Below are positions 41,981 to 50,651 of a stretch of 64,000 nt of DNA, piece after piece. Origin of the DNA: Pseudomonadota bacterium (GTDB lineage Bacteria; Pseudomonadota; Gammaproteobacteria; Steroidobacterales; Woeseiaceae). Position numbers and translations under genes: made by a program. Every line of letters begins with the position of its first letter. Positions within the stretch are counted from its first letter, which is position 1. The notes under the pieces are model-generated. The model ran no database searches. It saw only the letters and a list, made by a program, of their open reading frames with translations, and had not been told where the DNA came from. The stretch is taken from contig JBCBZK010000002.1 of NCBI GenBank assembly GCA_039815365.1, positions 6,425 through 70,424 of the forward strand. Reading direction: 5' to 3'.

Positions 41981-43060
41981 TTGAATCGAGAATCCGGCAG
42001 TGCTCCTGCCGACCATGAAATCCCGGCTTTCTGGCCGATGCCAGCGGCACACGGCGCGGCGCTGTCTTCTGCACAGCTGAAATCGACACCGGAAGACTTT
42101 GTTGTTGAAGAGCAGCCGAACTGGCAGCCGCATGGCGATGGCGAGCACGATGTTCTCTGGATTGAAAAGCGCGACGCGAACACCCGTTGGGTTGCTGAGC
42201 AACTGGCGTCGTTTGCACAGTGTCACCCTCGCGACGTGGGTTTTGCCGGTCTCAAGGATCGGTTTGCGCTGACCCGTCAGTGGTTCAGTGTTCACCGGCC
42301 AGGTCGCAGCATTGACTGGTCGACATTTCAGGCGAGTGGCGTGCGGATCCTCACGCATGCCGTGCATAACCGCAAACTGCGCGTTGGTGCATTGACGGGC
42401 AATCGATTTGAAATCCTGTTGCGCGATGTGTCTGCTGATCGCGAGCAGCTTGGCGCGCGCTTCGCACTGCTGGAACAATATGGCATTCCAAACTACTTTG
42501 GTGCGCAGCGATTTGGTCGTGAGCAATCCAACCTCAGGATGGCGCTGCGTTTGGCGCGCCGACAACGACTCAAGCGCGCGCAGAAGACGTTCGCGCTGTC
42601 CGCGGCGCGCGCGGCTATTTTCAATGCAACACTCGCACGGCGTGTGGCGGCGGATCAGTGGCGAACGCCAATCGACGGTGATCTTCTGATGTTGTCCGGC
42701 TCACACTCGTTCTTCGCTTTCGACGAACACGATGTAGACGAGATCGTCGCGCGCTGCGAGCGCGCCGATGTGTCGCCGACAGGCCCGTTATGGGGTGCGC
42801 CGGGCACGCTGGCTGACGGCGAGGCGGGCGAACTCGAGCAAATGATTGCCGATCAGTACCCGGACTTTCGCAATGCGACGCTTGCCGGTGGCGTGACCCT
42901 GCAGCGTCGCGCCTTGCGGATGATGCCGGAGCAGTGTTCGTTACAGCACGACGCGAGCTTTGTGCGCCTTGCCTTTACGCTACCGTCAGGTAGTTTCGCA
43001 ACAGTGCTCGTGCATGAGCTGTTCGACGTCGACGATGTCAGTCAACGCAGCAGAACGTAA
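41981..43060 (+). CDS. truD: tRNA pseudouridine(13) synthase TruD
   Basis: PEDFVVEE...GDGEHDVLWIEK...GFAGLKDR motifs. Start is TTG 41981 or ATG 42038. Confidence 0.9.
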   Translation: MNRESGSAPADHEIPAFWPMPAAHGAALSSAQLKSTPEDFVVEEQPNWQPHGDGEHDVLWIEKRDANTRWVAEQLASFAQCHPRDVGFAGLKDRFALTRQWFSVHRPGRSIDWSTFQASGVRILTHAVHNRKLRVGALTGNRFEILLRDVSADREQLGARFALLEQYGIPNYFGAQRFGREQSNLRMALRLARRQRLKRAQKTFALSAARAAIFNATLARRVAADQWRTPIDGDLLMLSGSHSFFAFDEHDVDEIVARCERADVSPTGPLWGAPGTLADGEAGELEQMIADQYPDFRNATLAGGVTLQRRALRMMPEQCSLQHDASFVRLAFTLPSGSFATVLVHELFDVDDVSQRSRT

Positions 43061-43578
43061 ACGGCGCCACTGCCGCCATCCACCTGACGCGCAGAGACAA
43101 ACGCAGCGACTTGATCCGAGCGGCGCAACCAGCCGTCGACACTCCCCTTAATACGCGGGCCCCGGTGGCCGGAACCCAGCCCCTTGCCGTGGATGATGCG
43201 CACGCAGCGCCAACCGTGGTAATCGCTTTCGGCCATAAAGTCGCGCAATACTTCTTTGGCTTCCTTGACGGTGTAGCCATGCAGGTCAAGAACAGACTCG
43301 ACGCGATAGTGACCTTTGGCCAGGCGGCGCAGCGTGCGTTCTCCGACATCGGGTCGGCGAAAACGCAGTCCGTCGCCATTGCGCCATTCAATACTCTCGA
43401 TATCGGCGTCCAGGCTTTCGCGCAACACGTCTTGTTCGTCCTGACGCCGCATCCGCGCGTGCGGCGCCGGTGGTGTGCGCTCGGGTTCGGCGCGGTCATG
43501 TGTGAGCGGCCTCGCATCACCAATGGCATCGCGAAATAACGCTTTGTCATCATCGAGCATGTCGTCGTGGTCTGCCAT
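43042..43578 (-). CDS. smrB: Smr-domain endonuclease SmrB (YfcN-like)
   Basis: 178 aa. N-terminal DDKALFRDAIGDARPL and a C-terminal Smr domain (LDLHGYTVKEAK...IIHGKGLGS...GGSGAVYVLL). Overlaps the truD 3' end by 19 nt, convergent. Confidence 0.8.
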   Translation of the reverse strand: MADHDDMLDDDKALFRDAIGDARPLTHDRAEPERTPPAPHARMRRQDEQDVLRESLDADIESIEWRNGDGLRFRRPDVGERTLRRLAKGHYRVESVLDLHGYTVKEAKEVLRDFMAESDYHGWRCVRIIHGKGLGSGHRGPRIKGSVDGWLRRSDQVAAFVSARQVDGGSGAVYVLLR

Positions 43579-43739
43579 AACAGCGAGCTCCAGGCGTTCT
43601 ACCAGCGTTCTCCCAGCGTCTGATCGCTCGGCCTGTTGAGCATAACGCGTGACTAGCGGGCGGGAAAGTGGTCATCGCGCTATTGCCGGACGACAAGATT
43701 GCGTATCATTTCGCTAGCCGCAACTCTACGGAACGCCAC

Positions 43740-44489
43740 TTGAAAATTTTGATCAGCAATGACGACGGCTATTTGTCAGACGGCATAGCGGCGCTGCAGC
43801 GTGGTTTGGAGGCGTTCGGTCAGATCGTGACGGTTGCGCCCGATCGCAATCAAAGCGGTGCGAGTAGCTCGTTGACGTTACATGCGCCATTGCGTGTTGA
43901 TGAGGTCGAAGAGGGTGTCTTCAGCGTCAACGGAACACCATCAGATTGCGTGCACCTGGCGCTGTCCGGTTTTCTGGACGAAGATCCGGATATCGTGGTT
44001 TCGGGGATCAATCACGGCGCAAATCTCGGTGATGACGTGATTTACTCAGGCACCGTCGCTGCTGCGATTGAAGGTCGCTATCTCGGCTTGCCTGCGATTG
44101 CCGTGTCATTAGTGGGCGAGCATTGTCATCATTTCGATACTGCCGCGGAAGTTGCTGGTCAGTTGCTCGCGGGCATCACCCAACAACCGTTGCCGGCCGA
44201 TACCATTCTGAACGTCAATGTGCCCGATATTCCCGTCGCGCAACTCAAAGGTATTCGCGCGACACGGCTGGGCTTTCGTCATCGCTCGGAGCCGATGGTT
44301 GCCCAGAATGATCCGCGCGGTCGTCCGATATTCTGGATCGGTCCGGCAGGGCCGGGCGACGACGCGAGTGAGGGTACGGACTTTCACGCCGTCGAGAATG
44401 GCTATGCGTCGGTGACACCATTGCAGATTGATCTGACGCGTCACCGTCAGCTCGAATCGTTGCAGCATTGGTTGGACGACATCCATTGA
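43740..44489 (+). CDS. surE: 5'/3'-nucleotidase SurE
   Basis: [10 protein letters not shown]...[10 protein letters not shown]...GTPSDCV...[25 protein letters not shown] 43740 gives the canonical N-terminus, and the ORF-track start 43668 adds 24 non-conserved aa. Confidence 0.9.
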   Translation: MKILISNDDGYLSDGIAALQRGLEAFGQIVTVAPDRNQSGASSSLTLHAPLRVDEVEEGVFSVNGTPSDCVHLALSGFLDEDPDIVVSGINHGANLGDDVIYSGTVAAAIEGRYLGLPAIAVSLVGEHCHHFDTAAEVAGQLLAGITQQPLPADTILNVNVPDIPVAQLKGIRATRLGFRHRSEPMVAQNDPRGRPIFWIGPAGPGDDASEGTDFHAVENGYASVTPLQIDLTRHRQLESLQHWLDDIH

Positions 44490-44509
44490 ACACACACGCT
44501 GGCATTGGC

Positions 44510-45136
44510 ATGACGTCTTTGCGCACCAGAGACCGGTTGGTAGCGCGTTTACAAGATCAAGGTATTCGCTCGGAAGCTGTGCTCGGGCGCATACGCGATG
44601 TGCCGCGACACTTGTTCGTCGATGAGGCGCTGGCAAGTCGCGCCTATGAAGATACCGCGCTGCCGATTGGACTTGGCCAAACGATTAGCCAACCCTACAT
44701 CGTTGCGCGCATGACGGAGGCACTGTTGCACGACGGACCGCTTGAGAGCGTGCTTGAAGTCGGTACGGGTTGTGGTTACCAAACCGCAGTGCTGGCACCA
44801 TTGGTCGGACACATCCATACGCTTGAGTTTCTGGCGCCGCTGATGGCCAAGACCCGGCAACGCCTTGGCCGGTTGAACTTGTATAACATTCAATACCGCC
44901 ATGGGGATGGTTGGAAAGGCTGGCCAAAATATGCGCCTTACGACGGTATTATCGTTACTGCTGCGCCCGAGCTGATTCCCACCCGCCTGCTCGAACAATT
45001 GGCCATCGGCGGGCGCCTGATTTTGCCGCTTGGTCCTTCGCGTGATCAACGACTCATGAAGATTACCCGTAGCGAAGATGGCTATGCGCAGGCAGATTTG
45101 GGTCCGGCGAGTTTTGTGCCGTTGGTGAAGTCGTAA
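44510..45136 (+). CDS. pcm: Protein-L-isoaspartate O-methyltransferase
   Basis: GQTISQPYIVARM and LEVGTGCGYQTAVLA SAM motifs. ATG 44510 preferred. Confidence 0.93.
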   Translation: MTSLRTRDRLVARLQDQGIRSEAVLGRIRDVPRHLFVDEALASRAYEDTALPIGLGQTISQPYIVARMTEALLHDGPLESVLEVGTGCGYQTAVLAPLVGHIHTLEFLAPLMAKTRQRLGRLNLYNIQYRHGDGWKGWPKYAPYDGIIVTAAPELIPTRLLEQLAIGGRLILPLGPSRDQRLMKITRSEDGYAQADLGPASFVPLVKS

Positions 45137-45147
45137 CTGCGCTTGCC

Positions 45148-45729
45148 ATGAAGATTTTTACACCGCTCTATGATTGGGTTCTCAGTAAGGCACGGCATCG
45201 TTTCGCTGTGTACTGGTTAGGCGTACTGAGTTTCGCCGAGTCATCGTTCTTTCCTATTCCGCCGGACGTCATGCTGGCACCGATGGCGCTCGCGCAGCGC
45301 TCGAAAGCGTTTTGGTATGCGAGCGTGGCGACGCTAACCTCGGTTGCCGGTGGCGTGCTTGGCTATCTTATCGGTGTGTTTCTGATCGGATCGATCGAAC
45401 CTTGGTTGCTGCAGAGCCACTACGCGCAGAGCTACCTGACCTCGCAACAATGGTTTGCCGATTACGGCGTCTGGATTGTGTTCGTTGCAGGGTTCTCGCC
45501 CATTCCGTACAAGGTGTTTACGATAGGTGCAGGGGCGGCGTCGATGAGTTTGCCGTTGTTTGTGCTTGCGTCGCTGATCGGACGCGGTGCGCGCTATTTT
45601 CTGATTGTCGGTCTCATCTACGTGATGGGGCCGAAAGCAGAACACTTGATACGCCGGTATGTCGATGTGATTGGCTGGACAGTTGTTGTCGTTGTCGTGG
45701 TGTTGCTGGCATGGCTTGCGCTCGCCTGA
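45148..45729 (+). CDS. yqaA: YqaA-family (DedA-related) inner membrane protein
   Basis: 193 aa with the FAESSFFPIPPDVML motif and several TM segments. Confidence 0.75.
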   Translation: MKIFTPLYDWVLSKARHRFAVYWLGVLSFAESSFFPIPPDVMLAPMALAQRSKAFWYASVATLTSVAGGVLGYLIGVFLIGSIEPWLLQSHYAQSYLTSQQWFADYGVWIVFVAGFSPIPYKVFTIGAGAASMSLPLFVLASLIGRGARYFLIVGLIYVMGPKAEHLIRRYVDVIGWTVVVVVVVLLAWLALA

Positions 45730-46418
45730 GGGCGCTTGTTGCTATTGCCGCTGTCGTTGTCATCGGCGGCTGTGCGTTGGATTGGCAGGACGAACAGCGC
45801 AGCACCGGAGCGCGTCCGACAGCCGCTGGGACGTCGGCTAGCTATACGGTGCGCAGTGGCGATACGTTGTATAGCATCGCCGTGCGCTATGGCATTAACC
45901 ATCGGCAACTTGCCGCATGGAACCAGCTCAGCGATGCCACGCTGATCTACCCGGGGCAAGTGCTCAAGATGCGCGCGCCGACAGGCTCAAGCGCCGCGAC
46001 ACCAAAAATCGTCAAACCGCCGGCGACGCTGCAGCGCGTTGGTCAATGGCGTTGGCCGACCACCGGTCGGCTGGTCAGCCGTTTCGACATGAGTGCGAAC
46101 GTGCCGCGGACAGGAATTTTGATCAGCGGTCAACGTGGCCAGTCTGTTTTGGCGGCTGCCTCAGGCGAAGTGGTGTATTCGGGTAGTGGTCTGAAGAGCT
46201 ACGGCAAGCTGGTGATTATTCAGCACAACCGCGACTACCTGTCGGCCTACGGTCACAATGCAGCGTTGCTCGTCAAAGAGGGTGACACGGTCAAGCGTGG
46301 CCAGAAAATTGCAACGATGGGTGAGACAGCAGCGCAGCTGCCGCGGCTGCACTTCGAAATTCGCCAAAGCGGACAACCGGTCGATCCGCTGGCGTTATTG
46401 CCGCGGCCAGCGACTTAA
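45711..46418 (+). CDS. nlpD: LysM-domain M23 peptidase lipoprotein (NlpD-like)
   Basis: Lipobox VVIGGC, LysM (YTVRSGDTLYSIAVRYGINHRQLAAWNQL) and an M23 core (YGKLVIIQHNRDYLSAYGHN...LHFEIR). ATG 45711; the upstream 133 codons of the 368-aa ORF are an out-of-frame read through yqaA. Confidence 0.85.
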   Translation: MACARLRALVAIAAVVVIGGCALDWQDEQRSTGARPTAAGTSASYTVRSGDTLYSIAVRYGINHRQLAAWNQLSDATLIYPGQVLKMRAPTGSSAATPKIVKPPATLQRVGQWRWPTTGRLVSRFDMSANVPRTGILISGQRGQSVLAAASGEVVYSGSGLKSYGKLVIIQHNRDYLSAYGHNAALLVKEGDTVKRGQKIATMGETAAQLPRLHFEIRQSGQPVDPLALLPRPAT

Positions 46419-46780
46419 CGCACTAACGCCAATACGCTCGGTCGAGCTTCGCCGAGTAACACATTAAACGTGCGCACGGCTGCGCCGTCATTCATGACCT
46501 CAATACCAACACCCGCCAGCATGACTTGCTGCATCAGCGTCGCTTGGGGAAAAACGGGACGTTCTCCTGTCGCAAGCACGATCACCTGTGGCTTCAGGTC
46601 CAGCAATGGTTGTATGAGCGCCGGTGACAAATCATCAACGCTACGACAGCGCCAATCGCTCAGAACCTCAGTCTGCGCGATCGCGAGACTGCCGATATGT
46701 TGTTGGTCACGAATCCAGATGCTGTTCGCGTCGTAACGCGAAATTGCATTGGGTGGCTGGTTTTCTTTGGCAAATTGCAT
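46415..46780 (-). CDS. Mth938-like (DUF498) domain protein, function unknown
   Basis: About 121 aa from Met 46780. The pattern I..Y......I...........I........W.......L........L.L.P.V.LGTG (here VIVLATGE) followed by GIGIEVM.T.AA.RTYN is typical of this family. Confidence 0.6.
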   Translation of the reverse strand: MQFAKENQPPNAISRYDANSIWIRDQQHIGSLAIAQTEVLSDWRCRSVDDLSPALIQPLLDLKPQVIVLATGERPVFPQATLMQQVMLAGVGIEVMNDGAAVRTFNVLLGEARPSVLALVR

Positions 46781-46868
46781 CGCTGGGTCAAGCCCCTTCG
46801 AAGATTCAATGGCGTCCAATGTTGCTTCAGCAGCAGGTACACTAGGCGCGCGTTGATTTTAGTATGCC

Positions 46869-47801
46869 ATGAAGCTACCTGCCGAACTTCCCGATACCGT
46901 GTGCTGGATGCCGTTTTGCGATGCTGTCGATACCTTGTATCAGTGGCGTGAACGTCATGCGCCGCAATTGATGTTGCGTAGCACACTGCCGCGTGGCGTT
47001 CGGCTGCATGATGCGGTCGCAAACGTTAGCACGCAGCCCGCGGCCTGGCGTCTTTTGGGTGAAGCATCCGAGCCGGACGTCGGGCAGGCGCAATGGTGTG
47101 CGTCGCTCGATCCGGTGAGCTTTGTCGCCGATCAGCGCGATGTGCGCATCGCAGCTTGGCCGGTCAGTGCGCTATCGCTGGCGGATTCGAAAGAGATCGC
47201 TCGCGCAGTTGCTACCCACCTGAGCGGCGATCCGGACGTGCGTTTGTCGGCCACGCAATTGCACGTTAGTGTCGCGCAGCGTTGGTATTTGACCGGCAGC
47301 GGTGATATGCCCGATGTGATCAATGCGCTGCCCGAACAGGTGGTCGGTCAGCCGTTACGTGATTTTCCGACGACCGGCGGTGACGCGCGTTTGTGGAAAA
47401 GACTCAGCACAGAGCTGCAGATGCTGTTGCACTCGCATGAGGTCAATGGCCAGCGCGCTGACGCTGGTTTGTCGCCGGTCAACGGCGTTTGGTGGCACGG
47501 GAGCAGCGCTCTGCCCTTAAGCAGTCAGCCGTTAACGCTGCCGCCGCTGGCGTCGACCGACGTATTTTGGCGTGGCTGTTGGCGCGCACACAAGGCATCC
47601 TTGCAGCCGTTCGTCGAGACGCTCCCGGAGTCGCCAGGGGGTATCGCTGTTGCGGGTAATGCGGTTGATACGTTGGCTTGCGTTGCAGACGCATTGCGGC
47701 GCGATACGCTGCGCGCCGCTGTAATCAGTGTCGCCGACACATCGCTGACGTTGTCGAAAATGCCGCGTTGGCGGCGAATGTTCTCACGAGGTCAGCGGTG
47801 A
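46869..47801 (+). CDS. Conserved hypothetical protein, probable RpfE-type (COG4255-like) protein
   Basis: 310 aa. The blocks SLDPVSFVAD, RWYLTG, DARLWKRLSTELQMLLHSHEVNGQR and PVNGVWWHG resemble my recollection of the RpfE-type family. Its stop TGA overlaps the recJ GTG (GTGA). Confidence 0.5.
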   Translation: MKLPAELPDTVCWMPFCDAVDTLYQWRERHAPQLMLRSTLPRGVRLHDAVANVSTQPAAWRLLGEASEPDVGQAQWCASLDPVSFVADQRDVRIAAWPVSALSLADSKEIARAVATHLSGDPDVRLSATQLHVSVAQRWYLTGSGDMPDVINALPEQVVGQPLRDFPTTGGDARLWKRLSTELQMLLHSHEVNGQRADAGLSPVNGVWWHGSSALPLSSQPLTLPPLASTDVFWRGCWRAHKASLQPFVETLPESPGGIAVAGNAVDTLACVADALRRDTLRAAVISVADTSLTLSKMPRWRRMFSRGQR

Positions 47802-49510
47802 TCTGGCGCGATGTGCATACCCGCGACGTGCCGTCGCATACGCTCACTGAAACAGACGACATGCTCGCGAGTATTGTCGCGGCGCGCGGCGTCCTGAGCG
47901 ACGAACAACGCAACATTTCTCTTGCCGCGCTAGCGCCCGTGAGCCAGCTTGGTGGGTTGCCCCAAGCAGTGGCGCTTTTGCAGCAACACCACGATGGACG
48001 GATCATGATCGTCGGTGACTTTGACGCGGATGGTGCGACGAGCACCGCGTTGATGCTGCGCGGTTTGGCCGCATTGGGTTTTGCGCACGTTGATTTTATT
48101 GTGCCCAACCGTTTCGATTTCGGCTACGGCTTGTCACCGGAGATCGTCGACGTTGCGATCGCAGAATCACCGACGCTGATTGTGACTGTCGACAATGGCA
48201 TATCAAGCAACGCAGGGGTTGCGCGCGCACGCGAACAGGGTATCGATGTGCTCATCACTGATCATCATCTGCCGCCGAAGACGTTGCCGGATGCGAATGT
48301 CATCGTGAATCCGAACTGTGTTGACGACGACTACCCGAGCAAACATCTCGCCGGCGTTGGTGTTGCATTTTGCGTGCTGGTCGCATTAGCGCGCCACATA
48401 GCGCCGGATGATCCGGCCGCTACGCGCATGCCAGCATCCCTGCTTGACCTCGTTGCGCTGGGAACGGTCGCTGATGTCGTTCCGCTGGATCGCAATAATC
48501 GGATTCTTGTTGACGCAGGCTTACAAAGAATCAGGGCAGGGCGCTGCGTTCCCGGCATCGCGGCGTTGCTCGATGTCGGTGGGCGTGATCGCACGCGTGT
48601 TGTTGCCACAGATTTCGGCTTTGCTGTCGGACCACGACTGAACGCGGCAGGTCGACTGCAGGACATGTCGGTAGGCATCCGCTGCCTGACGACTGATGAC
48701 CCGGTTCTGGCGCGACAGCTTGCCGAGCAACTTGACGCCATTAACCGCGAACGCCGTACCGTTGAAGCGGATATGCAGGCGGACGCACTGAAGTTGCTCG
48801 AGACGCTTGATGACGCCGCGCTGAGTGAGCAGCCGCAATACTGCGTGTGTTTGTATGAGCCAGACTGGCATCAGGGTGTCGTTGGTTTGGTGGCGTCAAG
48901 AATCAAGGAGCGCCTGCATCGACCGGTGTTTGCGTTCGCGCGTGAACGCGAGGGTGCCACGATGCTGAAAGGCTCGGGTCGTAGCATTCCCGGCGTGCAT
49001 TTGCGTGATGTTCTTGCGGAGGTCGCACGACGCGAGCCCGGCATCATCGTTCGTTTTGGTGGGCACGCAATGGCGGCGGGATTGACGCTTGCCGAAGACG
49101 CGTTGCCAATGTTCAGCGCGTGTGTCGATGCGGTCGTCAAGGCCGTGTGCCCACAGGCGTTGCTGACGCCGGCGATTCTGGTTGATGGCACATTGGACGC
49201 TCAGCACCTCGATATCCGTTTCGCGCAGACGTTGCGTGACGAAGGGCCGTGGGGTCAGGAGTTCGTCGAGCCATCGTTCACTGGCACGTTCGATGTTGTT
49301 TCCGCGCGCGTCGTCGGTGAGCATCACCTGAAACTCTCCGTGAGTTACGAAGGTGCAGTGATTGATGGCATTGCATTCAACCAAATTGAACCGGACATCC
49401 CGCAACAGGGCGCACGTATAGAGCTTGTCTATCGCCTCGATGTCAACGAGTGGCGCGGTAAACAAAGCGCGCAGCTAATGATCCTGCAATGGCGCTACCC
49501 GGACGTATGA
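47798..49510 (+). CDS. recJ: Single-stranded-DNA-specific exonuclease RecJ
   Basis: DHH motifs ([20 protein letters not shown]) and the DHHA1 region [11 protein letters not shown] 47798; the ORF-track start 47678 overlaps the upstream gene. Confidence 0.93.
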   Translation: MIWRDVHTRDVPSHTLTETDDMLASIVAARGVLSDEQRNISLAALAPVSQLGGLPQAVALLQQHHDGRIMIVGDFDADGATSTALMLRGLAALGFAHVDFIVPNRFDFGYGLSPEIVDVAIAESPTLIVTVDNGISSNAGVARAREQGIDVLITDHHLPPKTLPDANVIVNPNCVDDDYPSKHLAGVGVAFCVLVALARHIAPDDPAATRMPASLLDLVALGTVADVVPLDRNNRILVDAGLQRIRAGRCVPGIAALLDVGGRDRTRVVATDFGFAVGPRLNAAGRLQDMSVGIRCLTTDDPVLARQLAEQLDAINRERRTVEADMQADALKLLETLDDAALSEQPQYCVCLYEPDWHQGVVGLVASRIKERLHRPVFAFAREREGATMLKGSGRSIPGVHLRDVLAEVARREPGIIVRFGGHAMAAGLTLAEDALPMFSACVDAVVKAVCPQALLTPAILVDGTLDAQHLDIRFAQTLRDEGPWGQEFVEPSFTGTFDVVSARVVGEHHLKLSVSYEGAVIDGIAFNQIEPDIPQQGARIELVYRLDVNEWRGKQSAQLMILQWRYPDV

Positions 49511-49552
49511 GCGTGGTATCATTTCACGTTGTGCTGATCACTGTACGAGCCC

Positions 49553-50648
49553 ATGGAAACCAACCAGATTCAAAGTAGCATTACCGATCTTCGCGAACGT
49601 TCCGAGTCGCTCAGGGGGTATCTTTGACTACGCTGACAAGCGTGACCGGCTGGACGAAGTCCGCCGCGAGCTAGAGTCGCCCGAAGTCTGGAACGAACCG
49701 GAGCGCGCGCAGGCTCTGGGGCAGGAACGCGCAACGTTGGAAGGCATCGTCGATGGGCTGGATGGCATTGCGCAACGCCTGACCGATGCCGACGAACTGC
49801 TGGCGATGGCAGTTTCGGAAGACGACGAAGCCACTGTCGAGGAAATCGTCGCCGATATCGCTTCTGTGGAAAGCGATGTTGCTGCGCTGGAATTCCGACG
49901 CATGTTTTCCGGTGAGCAAGATGCAAGCGCGGCATTTGTCGATATCCAGTCGGGTGCGGGTGGCACAGAGGCGCAGGATTGGGCGAGCATGTTGTTGCGC
50001 ATGTATTTGCGCTGGGCCGAGCAACACGACTTCAAAGCAGAGTTAGTCGAGGCGTCCGATGGCGAAGTCGCTGGCATCAAAAGTGCGACGATTCGGATCG
50101 ACGGTGAGTACGCTTTTGGTTGGCTGCGCACCGAGACTGGGGTGCACCGCCTCGTGCGCAAATCTCCGTTTGATTCGGGTAGCCGCCGTCACACGTCATT
50201 CGCTTCAGTTTTTGTCTCGCCGGAGATCGATGACAGTGTCGAAATTGATATTGATCCGTCCGATCTGCGGATTGATGTTTATCGCGCCAGCGGTGCCGGT
50301 GGGCAACACGTCAACCGCACAGAATCGGCCGTACGTATCACGCACTTGCCCACCAACACGGTCGTGCAATGCCAGAACGAGCGCTCGCAACCCAAGAACA
50401 AAGCGACCGCAATGAAACAGCTGCAATCCAAGCTCTACGAGCTGGAGATGCAAAAACGCCGCGGTGCAGCCCAAGAGATGGAAGACAGCAAAGCCGACGT
50501 TGGTTGGGGCAGTCAAATCCGTTCTTATGTGCTCGACCAATCGCGTATTAAAGATCTGCGTACCCATGTTGAGACCGGCAATACTCAGGCCGTTCTGGAC
50601 GGTGCGCTCGACCCATTTATTGAAGCCAGCCTCAAGCAAGGACTGTAA
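49553..50648 (+). CDS. prfB: Peptide chain release factor 2, requires programmed +1 frameshift at 49622-49628
   Basis: Frame-0 ORF ATG 49553 through CTT TGA (stop 49625-49627). The +1 frame continues GAC TAC... into the 303-aa ORF carrying SPF (SPFDS) and GGQ (GAGGQHVN) motifs. Confidence 0.93.
49613..49628 (+). promoter_or_regulatory. prfB +1 frameshift site with internal Shine-Dalgarno
   Basis: AGGGGG TAT CTT TGA C is identical to the classical RF2 autoregulatory frameshift cassette. Confidence 0.9.
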
Positions 50649-50651
50649 TCC

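Noticed and set aside
41679-42565. 179-aa and 204-aa minus-strand ORFs antisense to ftsB/truD
   Set aside because: They lie opposite well-supported genes. The products are Arg/Pro/Ser-rich with no family resemblance.
43038-43553. 171-aa alternative minus-strand frame overlapping smrB
   Set aside because: The neighbouring frame (43042-43578) contains the complete Smr domain and a SmrB-like N-terminus. This frame has no recognisable features.
45312-45710. N-terminal 133 codons of the 368-aa ORF 45312-46418
   Set aside because: This part runs out of frame through the YqaA-family gene and is Cys/Arg-rich nonsense. The real NlpD-like gene starts at ATG 45711 with a lipoprotein signal.
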